This document shows positions 31,141 through 46,000 of a stretch of DNA of 64,000 nucleotides, piece after piece. The position numbers and the translations under genes are program-made. Source of the stretch: the human T2T-CHM13v2.0 reference genome, Homo sapiens. Position 1 is the stretch's first letter, and every line of letters starts with the position of its first letter. Under the pieces are notes generated by a model that made no database searches, had not been told where the DNA came from, and saw nothing but the letters and a program-made list of their open reading frames with translations. The stretch lies in assembly GCF_009914755.1 (NCBI RefSeq), contig NC_060940.1. The stretch is one strand, 5' to 3'.

Positions 31141-32739
31141 ACGAGGGCTATGTCTTAGGAGAGGTGTTCAGTGGAGTATCTTAGCATTAGACAGAAAAAA
31201 CCTCCCATCCTGGCCTACCGCATTTGAGATTTATAAATATCCAAATTAACCAAGGAAACAACAGAAAAACAGTAGTTGGACAAAGAGTTTGTGTGTGCTA
31301 CATGTTTATTTTATCTAATAGGAGACACCGAACTAGAAACATCTACATTCAAGAAGAATCCCTGGATCCACAGTTCCTTTTATCAATTCACAAAAGCCAG
31401 GCCGAGCCAACCTTACCCAATATATTCCACAGGTGGGCCCGCCTGAAGCCTCGCTGTGATGCCAGGCAGCCAGCCTGAAGAACTGGAAAGCCAGGGCCCG
31501 TGCACGCTGGGCTCCTGAAGACAAAGGAAACAGAATGGCTCGGGAAGGCCGTGGCACCCTGCCCGCCTCCGTGGTAGCCTGGGGCCACTGGATCTTGCTG
31601 TCTCCGCAGCACCTGAGAGGTGTGAGCCAGGCAGCCAACCACATCAGAAGCTGGCTGCCGGCTGCCCCAATTGCACAACACCTCCAGGGGAGCCAGCTTT
31701 CCAGGACTGGGTTTTACACACCATAGGGGCACTGGCCATGTTGACCCAGTCAAGGCATGGCACCTTGAAGAATGGCCCACGCAAAGACCGGCCATATGGA
31801 CAGAAGGCATCCTGCCACAGAGCGATTTCTGAATCACCTCTATGCAAAGAATAGTCTTCTCTCTTACGCAAAGGAGATCCCATCACCACCATCTCATTTC
31901 TATCCCAGGCTCCTCCAGTTCTCTTTCAATCACAAGCCAGACTACCCAACCACTTAACTCTCTAGGCCCAGATATGACTTAATTCTCCCACTCCTGCATG
32001 TTTGTTGCCACTTCCCCATTTTGTGTTAACAATTAACCTGAAGTATTATGTTAACAATTAACATGAATTGTGTTTTGGTTTTTAAGGTCGGAGTAACTAG
32101 GATTACTCAATAGGATTTAAATGTTCAATTTTAGCACACATGTACAAGGCGCTACTTTGTACATGACAAGATGAAGTGGTTTAAAAAAAAAACAAAACAT
32201 AACCACCTTTCACAAAGGGTTCTCATTCAGCCTCCTGCTTGTGAAAGATACGACTTTGAATAGTGAAAGTCCCAAGAAGGGTAATTCAAGCAAAACTGGT
32301 TTCTAGTTTGCCTTGATTCAAATTCTTTATGCTACTTGACCCATTTCTCTTTTCCTCTTGCTTCTCCTGATGCCTCTCAAAATAATAATAAACCAACCCC
32401 AGAAATAGAATCCTGTCTTCCTTAGATGTCACCATATGACTAATTTATGGCCTTTGTTTAAAGCCCTTACACCAGAGTTGACTCCAGTAATTTCCTCCTC
32501 TTCTATTTGAATGTCCATTTACAGCCTCTCTGTAACCTCTGGGTGAACTGAGAATGTTCTCTGTGCCTCTCATGATGTGGATTCGCACCCTGGTGACAGC
32601 AGAGTGGCTCCGAGCAGAATCTCCCCATTACAGCTGAAGCCCACTGGGACCCTACCCAAGTTCACGTGTATATCCCAAGAGAGTTTGCTGAACACTCCTT
32701 ATGCCTTAATGCACCTTTGAAAAAAAAAAAGACTAAGGG

Positions 32740-33044
32740 GGCTGGGCGCAGTGGTTCATGCCTATAATCCCAGCACTTTGGGAGGCCAAGGTGGAAGGTT
32801 CACTTGAGCCCAAGATTTCAAGACCAGACTAGGCAATATGGCAAGACCTCATCTCTACAAAAATAAAAATAAATCAGCCAGGCGTGGGGGCATGTGCCTG
32901 TGGTTCCAGCTGCTTGGGGGTGCTGAGGCAGGAAGATCACCTCCCTCAGCCTTGGGAGGTTGAGGCTGCATGGAGCTGTGATTGTGCCACTGCAATCCAG
33001 ACTGAGCAACACTGCAAGACTCCCATCTCGAAAAAAAAAAAAAA
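32740..33044 (+). mobile_element. Alu (AluJ-like)
   Basis: Full dimer. Confidence 0.92.
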
Positions 33045-33755
33045 GGCAAAAAGATATCAAAGGCTGAGTGGGCAATTTGAATGTGTTCCCAAGACGTGAT
33101 GGGAATTTTCTACGTTTGGATTCAGGGGAGTGGGGTCTTAGTTTTGCTCTCATTCAGGGAGGTGGGTCCCAAAAAATATCCCCTGTTGGCCTTAGGAGGA
33201 GGAATACTTGAAAGGTATATCTGAAAATGCTCCAAGTTTTTTCCTGCCCCGCTTTCCAGTGGTGCCCTTCGCCAAGTCATGAAAACTCTGCCAACACTGT
33301 TCTCTCTCCAGCACTCACCTGGGCTCCCCACCAATGTCTTGGCTGCCGTCACGACTAAATAATGCCTTCTCTTCTTCCCCTCCACCCACCCCTCTCTGGT
33401 CTTTAGCACAACCTATCAGCTGACTTCTCCAACTCCAGGGAGCTAGACCACATAGTCCTCCACCAAGAGCTTTGCTAGCTTAGCACCCCACAGATAGAGC
33501 TCGTCCAGAGAATTGTCCAACCATCCATTAAAATATCCAAGTGGCCCCAGTGTGCCAGAGACTGCTCTCTCTGCACTAGGGCTAGGGGTAAGCAGCAAAC
33601 CAAACAGGCTAAGACCTCTGCCACCTGCATAGAGCCCATGCCTACTGTCTGACCCATCCCTACCTCTGCAGATGCTCCTTAATTCCCCACTTTTACTCTC
33701 TCCTCTTCAGAAAAGGATTTCCTCCTTTTGGATGAAAATTTGATTTTTTCGATGA

Positions 33756-34095
<340 letters not shown>

Positions 34096-34122
34096 TGATC
34101 TTATAAAATAAATTAACTCTAA

Positions 34123-34490
<368 letters not shown>

Positions 34491-35117
34491 TTATCATACT
34501 CTCTTCACTCTGAGAATCTGAACTGTCTCCCTGAAGGACTGAAGCTAGCCTCTGTATAGTCTAAATGCTAAAACTGGCTGTCAGTTTCCTCAATGCTTGC
34601 CACTGTGATTTTATTCTGAAAGCTACAGCTCTTCTCATTCAAAGGTTACCCTCCCTCCTAACCAACCCAGAAAGAACTCACTACCCAGCTCTGCTTGCAC
34701 CCTAGTGTTGGGGCTCAAGCTTCCGGTTCCGCTAAGACTCTGACCTCGCTTCTAAGGACACACACCTCAGAGGCCCAGAGCTCCGCTGTATCACACACTC
34801 ATTGTCACATCCCTCGATGCATCATTCCCAGAATCCTCAAGGCTGTCACTGGATGAAAGAATAAAACAGCAAAACATCCGGCACCTTTTCATCCTGGCTC
34901 AAGTCAAAAGAGTTGGGATTAAAGCCACTTGTGACTTTCAAAAGCTATCACTACGAGGCAAGGACCGAGTGGCCAGTTCGTTTCAGAAAGTGGCCTGATG
35001 CTGTTGAAACTGCCAGCTGCCAGTGGACGTGAGCCTCACTCCCACTTTATAGTCTCAGGAAGGTGGCTCTCAGGACATGACGCCAAGCCCCAGAAGGGCC
35101 TCTGAATCCTCCACCAG

Positions 35118-35190
35118 CGTGTGCGTGTGTGTGTCTGTGCATGTGTGTGTGTGTGTGTGTGCGTGTGCGTGTGTGTGTCTGCACGCGCAC
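35118..35190. repeat. Interrupted (TG)n/(CG) alternating purine-pyrimidine microsatellite
   Basis: Directly visible. Confidence 0.92.
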
Positions 35191-36677
35191 CTGAGTGCAC
35201 ATGGGCTGCCTGGTTTACAGGCCACCACAACCCTTCCACCAAGTGTGAACACACATACACTTCCTTACCAAGGTGCCCACCGGAAACCCCTGCCTGGACC
35301 CCTGCAGCCCTCCCAGCCACACTGCAGCATCGAGGGAACAGCACTTTGCCTCCCCAAACCTGCCCTGGCTACTGGGTGACCCCGCTCTGCTATCCCCACC
35401 TTCACCCTGAGATGCACAGACTGTCTGCTCTAAAGGGCATGAACCTGGAGATTGTGAGTCATCACGACGCGCAGGAAGCAACGTCTCAGTCCAAACCCTG
35501 AGCCCGTTCCTAGAGAGCCTTCTCCGCTCTCTCACCCCTCATCCCACGTAGAGCAATCAGGGCTCACCCGCCCCCTTCCCTTTCTCTATGGCTTCTTCAA
35601 GATCTCCTCATCCATCTGCCCACAACTGGAACTGTTTATTTGTTTAGCCCACTGGTAAGAAAAATGAGAGAGCGGGCTGGCATTCCTGGCTGGGCATAAA
35701 CACGTTTTTAAAAAATGTCTGTTCCAACTCTGTCTGGGTCCCGTACTGAGCCCTTTAACCTCCTGCAAGCGCCATGGAGACATTCCATGGGAACTATCAC
35801 CATTCGTTATCATCGCTGAAAGACAAAATCCACTGTACCCTGCAACATCTCACACAGATCCTTCACATTCTTGGTTTGAGAGCTGACTATGCAAGAAAAA
35901 GGAAGCACCATGACTGTGGGAAAGGCCACTGTCACCAGGACAAGAGGCACCAGCAAGAGCCCTGCATCAATTACTCTACAGAGGCACCGGGAGGCCTGAT
36001 TTTAATTTTTTAAAAATACATTTAATGAATCACATACGCAAACTTTACATTGGCAGAACACTCCCTTAGGATCATGAGCAAATTTCTGATCAGATCAAAT
36101 AGCAAACTGCCCAAGGAAACCACGAAGAGGGGTGATGTTGCTATCACACTATCAAAAAGTAAAGACATACTTCTGATTTCTCACAAGAAATTTCCCAACA
36201 AAAGCTCTCTGTCTTAGATTCCGAAAGAAAAACATCCCCCACACAGAGTGTAAGGGCCAAGAATGGCCTCACCATATGGGACAGCTTCTGAAATACACAG
36301 AAAACGGGCAACGCGGGACCCATGGGACAAACCACTGTGTAGCCAGCTGCCCCGGCCAGGCCCGTGGTGTTGACTTTGGCAGTGCTTGTCGACCATGACT
36401 CAGCAATAGTCATCGAAACTGAAATCAAGTGGAACTGATCAGTTCAGACCTCCAATGTTGAGTTTGACTCAACGATTCTTCAATGCCCCTGGTCTTCCTG
36501 AAATTCTCCATTTAAATATTTACTGGTTTAAGGGTAAAGTCAGGGAGGCACGGGCATGGTTGTTGGACCTTTTCTGTCTTATCCTATTCAAATCTGGCTG
36601 AACTGAGTAAAACGTTATGCAGCAGGATGTCTTCCTATATAATCCACTTCATCCCGCCCCCCCAATACTCTTCCATA

Positions 36678-36845
36678 GGGGTTCAAATGCAGATCTGAAC
36701 CAACTGCTCGATGATCCCCCAAAGCCATTTAGTCTCTGAGCTTTTCTCATCTACAAAATGAGATGTGTCCCCACTCTGCATACCGTATAGAGCACCTGCA
36801 AGGATTAGTTGAAAGGGTATAGGCCCAAGGACTTTGAAAAATGAA
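36678..36845 (+). mobile_element. MIR fragment
   Basis: GGGTTCAAAT...TCTCTGAGC.TTTCTCATCTACAAAATGAG. Confidence 0.65.
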
Positions 36846-37194
36846 GCTCCTTAAATTATTTTCCCGATGTCCTCAGACAGACTTGGCACCTTACCCTTTT
36901 ACTCATAATTAAAGATTTGAGCAGCTAACTCAGAGGCCTAATTGTGATGCTAAGTAGACATATAGTGGCTCAATAAAAGGAAAGACTGAAGGGGTTTAGA
37001 GCAGCGAGGAAAGACAATCGAGGAAACGGGGCTCGAGGTTCTGGGACGAGGGCCTGCTGAGCTGGCCAGCCCAGCCAAGGCCACAGGGATACAGTCCTTC
37101 CAGTCACTCAAGTTAAAAATCTTGCAGTCACCCTTGACTCTATGTCCTGTCTTGTCCCATATCTCCCTTCAAAATCTATCCAGAGGATAAGCAC

Positions 37195-37762
<568 letters not shown>

Positions 37763-37764
37763 TC

Positions 37765-38030
37765 TTTACTCAAATGTCACCTTCTCCGAAAGCCTTTCTT
37801 CACTGTGTCCACCGAACCTGCCAACTACTGCTCACCCCCTGCCCTCGTCCCGCCTCCTCTCCACAGCATTTAACATCATCCAAAATACTATAATGCACTT
37901 AGTAATGATGTCCAGTGAGGGAGATGAGGTAGTATAAGCTCCAAGCAGACAAGCATTTCTCTCTTTTTTTGCCCCCATTGGAGTATCACCGGCACCAACA
38001 ACAGTGTCTGGCACACATGGGACTCTCAAA
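37765..38030 (+). mobile_element. L2 3'-end fragment (a further piece lies near 37100-37190)
   Basis: CTCAAATGTCACCTTCTC, TAAGCTCCA, ACAGTGTCTGGCACACATGGGACTCTCAAA. Confidence 0.7.
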
Positions 38031-38224
38031 CAAAAGGTCAAGGGCAGCCCAGGGAAGCCCCAAGGCTGGAAGCTCTCGCTGAGAAAGCCAGGCTGGGAGA
38101 AGCCCGTCTCCCTGAGTCAGGCCTGCAAGCCAGGCAGGCAGATGGTGAAAGGCAGGAGGGAGAGGAGCCACTGCAGGCCCCTGGTCAGCAGAACAAGAAG
38201 AATACGGAGCCGGGAGTTTGAGGG

Positions 38225-38429
38225 CAGCACCACTGATATTCAGGCTGTGTCATTCTTCGTTGGGGATGAGGGTGGCTGTCCTGGGCATCGCAGGATGTTT
38301 AGGAGCATCCCTGGCCTCTACACTGGATGCCAGTAGCATCCTCTCCCCAAAGTGTGACAACCAAGAATGTCTCCAGACTGCCAAATCTTGGGGGGAGGAA
38401 GCAAAATCACCCCCTACGGAGAACCGCTG
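38225..38429 (-). mobile_element. MER20 (hAT-Charlie)
   Basis: AGGATGTTTAGGAGCATCCCTGGCCTCTAC...GATGCCAGTAGCA...GTGACAACCAAGAATGTCTCCAGAC...GCAAAATCACCCCC...GAGAACCGCTG. Confidence 0.88.
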
Positions 38430-38737
38430 AAACTGAGTTTCAGTCCAATGACGGCCCACATGCCACGATCCCAGACAGCACAGGGCCAAGCAGGTAACAC
38501 AAATGAGCGAAGTTGGCTGGGAAACAGGACGTGGTAGGGTAAGAGCTGGTAAGCAACAGTGAGCTCTGGCAACCTAAAAAGTAGATGTTCCTTCCACAAG
38601 GGGCAGTCACCACCCTGTTCTAGCCAGGTTTTGCCCTGAAGACCCAAAATGGCCAAATCCCCCGATTTTTTTTTTCAAGAGAAGGTTTTAATACTGATTT
38701 TTCTGTGAAATGTGCCCATGTTTAAAACATAGTATGT

Positions 38738-39077
<340 letters not shown>

Positions 39078-41856
39078 CTAGGTTTTGCCTACAAGCTAAG
39101 ACTGTGCAACCTCCGCACAGAGACTGCCTGGAGGTGGAAGGGGCTGGAGGGAAACCCCCCTTAGGAGCCTGCTGTCATCTAGACACAAGGGGCCTGGAGC
39201 AGGCCTGTGAGGGTAAGGGGCGGAGGGAGGAAAGGCTGGATCCCAGAAACTCTTAAGGTGAATAAGATAAGCACAGCAAGACAAGTGTGCACACTGTAAT
39301 CATAAGCCACGAGGGCCAAAGCAACAGCCAATGCCCCCGGCTCCCTCCCACGATGCGCTACAGGCAGCACTGTGCTTACGCAGGTCACACACCTAGGAGC
39401 CGGAAGACCCCTAATGCATCCTTCAGGTAGGACCCTCTGCTTTGCAGAAAACCAGCGCTTAGAAAAGGCTTAAAGTGAGTATTTTGAAGACGGCTGGAAT
39501 CAGAGCTCAAATCCATAACCTCAAAGGCTTCATGTCATCTTGCCACCACCCACGCCAATCCTTGAGCCTAGAGTAACGAAGAGAAAGGCTGCAACGACCA
39601 CACACACCACGACGTCAGCCCAAAGGCCACGTGGCTCCATCCACGGCAACAAAATGCAAGGGAGCTCCGAGGGACACTTCCGTTTCAGGACAGGCTTACG
39701 GGGAGGACACCAGCTCCTCCCACCCTATCTGTAGACTGGGTAGAAGGGCTTCTTTTGAGCGCTCTGTCTTCCCAGAGAAGGACGTCCTGGAAACAAGGCA
39801 CGTGCAGTATTACCATTAAACAACATGCACATGCCAGTGGCGCTAAATAAACAGCAGAGACAGAGGCTGCCTCACCCACTTGCTCCATAGTCTGCATCGA
39901 ATCAAGGTCACTGGAGACAAGGTAAAGTCCACAGAGCCCCCTCATCTCACATCCACACAGCTTTGCTCCTCCTGAAAGAAATGAAATAGCTGGAGTGTTT
40001 TGGCAAAGAAACGAAGAGGCAGGTGAGCAAGGAGAGATGGGGGAAGGGAGGGGCGAAAGAAGAGAAGAGGCAGCCCCATCTCCCAGCTGGGGAGAAACTT
40101 CCAGATGGGAGGCAGCAGACGCCACTGAATTGATGGCCAGTCTCCACCAAGCCTCATCATGCCCCGCAGGCAAAGTCTCCACTCCCCTTCCTTCCCCCAG
40201 CCACGGGCAGGAGGCACCACCCATGAAGACTGAGTCTGAGATCATGCACCATTGACTACCCAAGCCCAATTCTTCCTGTCCCTGATCTCCAAGTGGTAGC
40301 TGCAAATAAGCCCACGTGAGTTGCACTGAAAGGATCAGGGCACTGGTTCTCGAGGACTGGGAATGCAATGATAAAACGAAATCTCACCAGCACTCAGTAA
40401 AGCCAGATCCAATGGCAGCCTTGGGCTGGTCACCCCTAAACCGCCATGTGTCAGTCGGGTTCCGCCTCCCAGAAGCGGGTTACCCTGATTTGTGAGCTGA
40501 TTATTCTAGAAGACTCCAGGGTCTGAAAGTATCTCAACAGGTTGGCTATGTAAAAACACAGTCAATCAAGCAGCCAGACACTTTGCAGAGAGACTCCACT
40601 CCACGAAGAATTACAGGAGGACCAGAGGGTCTGGCTGTGCCGGATCCCACAGCTCAGCGGCTACATGTCCCCCAGAAGGTGGGCCCAGGAAGGCCCTGCA
40701 CCTTGTATGGGAAGCTCTCTACTCCCCAACACAATACCCCTCGGCCTTGACTGCCCCTTAGACACCGCCTGCCTCCTGGAGACGAGACATTCCTCAGCCC
40801 TCTCCCACATATGATCTCCGCATGTATCCATTATAAGGATCTAACTTTTTTATGGAGAGGAGAAAGTTCCCACATGCAGAAGACTTACACCGCAGGGGGA
40901 ACGAAGGGAGGGTCATTTAGCACTTGTTGAAAGAAGATGAGTATGAGAGCAATTGGGAGGAGAAGAAAATGTCATGTCAGCTATGAAAGTTAAACAGGAA
41001 CGTTCCCCTCCCCACAACGACCGCCCTGCACCGCCCTGCCCCAAGTCCTTCCCAATGCGGCGGCAGCCACCAGCCCATGCAGGACTCACACATGGGCAGA
41101 CACCCAAGTTAAGAGAGGGGGCCCGGGAAGGGGAGGGACACCATGGTGGTTTGCAGAGCTCCACCTCTGGGAATGGATTTGATGTCAAGTGTCAGCAAGT
41201 AAATTGCTATTGGCTTCTCAATAAGCAGCAGCAGTGAGTTAAGTGTTTCCCCGTATTGTGGAGCCCTCACGGACTCGATACAGCAGTATTGACAGCACAA
41301 TCACACAGTAATCCAGGGTCCTCTAATGCCTACACTTCCTCAATGAAAATACACTTTCCACTTGGACATCAGCCCATTAGCTTTGGGCTGGAATCTCTGG
41401 CCTCCTTATCCCTCCCCCAGGCACCCCTGGGCTGCAGGTCTGGCATCTGGCCCCCTGACACCCCAGCCAACATGAACATCCCAGCCAGAGTATTGTCAGG
41501 GCCCAACCGAAAAAGATAAACAGTCAGAGACCTACAGGAAAAGGCCTGCTCTCCCTGTCTATAAATCACTGGTGGGAAGGAAAGAAAAGTGATCCAACTC
41601 TTTCAGGATAAAAATCACAGCGGTCACTGAGGAAAATTGATGTTCCCTTGCAAAGCGAAAGATGTTCTCTCCGGGAAGATGCATGCCTTCAAGTTTTCAG
41701 ACAGACTGAGACTCAAACTTCACCCAATGTGACACAGGATTGAGACAAGTTATGTGACCTCCACAAAGCTCAACCTCTCACGCCAGATTCGATGCTTCCC
41801 AAAAGGAACACACCCATGTCTTGGCAGTCTCCGATAGGCTGAAATAGTAGAGGGTC

Positions 41857-42499
<643 letters not shown>

Positions 42500-42539
42500 T
42501 CATTTAATAGTAAACACTTTGCAAATGCAAGCTATGTTT

Positions 42540-42705
42540 CAAAACCATTTCTCATCCATTTTTATTTGACTCCCAGCACACCCTGGAATCGCTGGGGGAG
42601 AAGATTTTATTCCAGAGACCAGTGAAACACAGGTAAAGGAGAACTAACGTGACTTACCCAAGGTCACACAGCTAGTTAGCAGTAGATTTGGAGCTAGAGC
42701 CTAGA
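42540..42705 (-). mobile_element. MIR fragment
   Basis: GTGACTTACCCAAGGTCACACAGCTAGTTAG. Confidence 0.75.
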
Positions 42706-43033
42706 CTAGGGTTGGCAAACTTTTCCCATAAAGAGCCATGTAACTATTTCAGGCCTTGCAGGCCACGCATTCTCACTGCAACTACTCACCTACACCACAT
42801 GATAGCATGAAAGTGGTCACAGACAAAACACAAACAAGCAAGTGCTGCTGTTTGCCAATGAACATTTAGGAACACAAATATAAATGTCACATATTGTCAG
42901 ATGTCCCATAATCGTATTCATCTTCTGATTCTCCACCAGCCATTTACAAATGTAAAAGCCATTCTTGGTTGGCAGGCCATGCCAACATGTGTTGGGTCGG
43001 AACTGGCCCGCAGACTAGAGTTTGCCAATCCCA
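42706..43033 (+). mobile_element. MER58B-like (hAT-Charlie)
   Basis: TIRs TAGGGTTGGCAAACT ... AGTTTGCCAATCCC; CATTTACAAATGTAAAAGCCATTCTT. Confidence 0.85.
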
Positions 43034-46000
43034 GATTGCTGGGAGACTTCTCAATATCTACTAATAGAATACCACAAAGCCAAAAAAAGACAAACCGTGA
43101 TCATTCCCAGGCTTATTACAATTTTAACTCTCCAGTCCAGTCAAAATTGCTTGCCTAGCAAACACCAAACGTAACCCAGGCTCCAGGTATCTGACAGCAA
43201 TACAGCTTGCGCATGCAGGCGGGGTGTTCAAACTTCTCTAGAAAACAATGCCTTTTTATGGGAATGCCTTTTTATGGGAATTGTTGCACAAAATTTCAAG
43301 TTAAGAAACTTTCCATAAATACACAACGCATGCTCTAGCCACAGCTGGTTTCATATGCTAACTGCAGAAGGCATTTCCGAAAGCAGCATGTGAAGAGTCC
43401 TCCTTAAATACAGCATTAGGGAAAATGACACCCTCTATCCTCCCCACTGCCCCCACCACCAAGAAGGAATTTGGGTCTGTGTTCAGTAAGAAGAAATCTG
43501 GCCAGAAAGGGGTTAATGCCCTTCCAGGCTGGGATCTGATAAATGGCTGTGCAGAAAGCAGGTTCCCTCACTTTGAGATATGATGTCACTAACCTTTATT
43601 GATCCACTATCAGAGAACTTTGCTTATCTCTCTCCTGTGATATACTGCCCCTCCTGTGCTCAACTAGTGTTTAATACACTGCCGGGTGCCTTGCACTCCT
43701 CATCGCTCAGCACTGCAGAGAGAGGCTGCCACGGGGACCATATTTCACAGAGCCGGGCCTTCCCAGCACAGACGCCTCCCAGAGTCAAGGGGAGCCAGCA
43801 CCCACCTCCCACCTCCTCCCAGGCCGCCAGGTCCCAGCTGCACCGAGACAGTGGGTCGGGTCAGGGCAGGGCAGGATAGGACACGGCCCCTCCGGGACCC
43901 TGCGGCTTCTCCTTTTTTTGGGGGAGTGTGGGGACAGAGCTTCAGTCCCAAGATTCCCCTTTTTTCCACCATGAAGACAACTGTCAGCCATGTTCATGTG
44001 GGAAAACATAAGCACCTCCGAGTCAGACCTCCTATTTAGAGAAATGAGCTTCCTGTTTTTCCCCTTCCAAGGTCTCAAGACCTCAGTCCACCGGGAGGTG
44101 GAAAACACCATCCATCAAGGTGCCGGACAGTTGTTCGGGAGAAGTCCTGCCAGGAAGAAAGCCAGAGAACATGCCCAGGTGTGGCCAGGCAGGCTCAGAT
44201 CCCCAAGAAGAACAGGGCTCCAGAGCCCGGGGCAGTGTGATGCTGGGGCTGCCACACACCGGGTTTGGGGTTGGTCGCTCCTCCTGCCAACCCACAGGCT
44301 AAGGATGCATCAGGCACAGCCTTGGCCACACCCAAGGGTGGGGAGAGCCCCAAAGCACCAACAGACAGGGGACGATTGTTAGAACTCAAGACACAGAACT
44401 CCATCTCCAATAACCTCAACCGCTCGGAGGGATTCTCAAGCTCTGCCAAGACCCCCACTGGTGGCTCTCCAAGAAGCCCATGGTACAGGCTTTGCTTCTC
44501 CGGGCCCATCCCTGGGAAAGGGGGCAGTGGGCCGCCCAGAAAAAGTGAGCAGGGGCCCTCCCACAGCCCCGGGGCACCCAAAATTTGCCTAATTGAACAT
44601 TAACAAGTTGCTACAATAAAGTTCCTCTGTTGTGAGCAGGGAAACCTTTTCGGCAACAACAACAGAAGTCTTGTTACAAACTGCTCTGAAAGCCAGGCTT
44701 CAGCCTCGACAGGTGTGAACAAGATTTCAACACCTCCTACAATACAATGCAATCCAAACAAAGGGGAAAGTCAATCCCAGCCTCCTGAGGTTTCTGCTTG
44801 TCTAACATCTTCTTCACTCACTCAGCCCAGGGGAGCCAAGTGCACCTTCCTCAAGCCCAGCAGCAGAGAAGACCTCACCAAAGGTAGACCCTCTCCACTG
44901 CCTCAACATGGGGCCATCTTGGCTGCCCAGGGGCAGTTCTGAAAGTCTCTGCTAGGAACAGGAGTCCTTTCAATGGCTCCCACCTGCTCCTGGGACCCCA
45001 AGGCCCCTTCTATCACCTCCCAAATGCAGCTAGCATCGATGAACCACACTGGCGTGTTTCCCACATTTCCTCACCTGGGTTCGCCATCACCTTCAGCCTC
45101 TTGACAGGTAAGGAGAGTGAAAAAGAGGAAAATGAGAAACGCTCCTTGGTCACAGGGTCCATGCTGCTCCTTCTACTAAAGGGGACACAAGAGCCTCCTA
45201 AAGCTCCCTTCCCTGAAATGCTGGAGAAAAGCTGAGACCTCAGGACTGGATATTTTATTTAAAAACTTTTTGTGAGTGATGCCACAGGTAGAAACACACA
45301 AGAAGTGTGTGTTGGACGACGGAAGGAATTATCCCTCCCATTGATTTTTCGCTCTGGAGTATGAGAGAGAAAACAGCATTTATCTGGAGATTTCTTCCCA
45401 AAGCCAACCACATAAACGGGACTTGAAAAGAGCTTATCGGACAAACGATTTGCTCACAAGGCCATCGCCCAAGTGGGAATCCCAGCAGGGAACTCGATCA
45501 GCCCCACTGTTCCTGCGTGGACATCTTTAGGTGGCTGTTGTCATTACTCAACTTCATGCCAACGACAGAGAGGCTGGCCTGGGAAGTGGCAGAGGGGAGA
45601 CATTGGCAAAAATTACAATGGACAAAAAATGAGTTCTTTCTCTGTCATGTCTCTGCTCCAATAAGGAGAATGCAAAATGTCAACAAAACAAATTCCAAAA
45701 AAAGCAGCATGCACATAAACACACTTGAATCCTTCCTAATGTATCTTGGGACTCCTCTTTGATCCTCTAATTTTCCACAAACTCTTAGGCATGTTTTGTT
45801 TTAATAAGTGATAAATACTAATAACCCAACATCTAATCCAAACACCCATTCTCCTCCCAGGGCAAAGGAAAGGCTATTCACAAATTTTTTAAAAGTGGAA
45901 GACAGCCATAAAATATGCCAGGATAATCCCCAAGACCGGCTACTCTCAACTTTCTCTACCTCCAATCTTGGAGCCCACCCAAGGGCAAGAGTGGCCTGGA

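Noticed and set aside
33311-33323. Perfect minus-strand donor CAG|GTGAGT at 33319/33318
   Set aside because: No convincing acceptor within exon distance upstream; isolated donors are common in long introns
39685-40368. Longest ORF in the track (227 aa, minus)
   Set aside because: No recognisable domain, low-complexity composition and no convincing splice sites; expected by chance in GC-rich DNA
45085-45113. CCTCTTGACAG|GTAAGG recursive-site-like motif
   Set aside because: It is on the plus strand, antisense to the inferred host gene, with no evidence of an antisense transcript here
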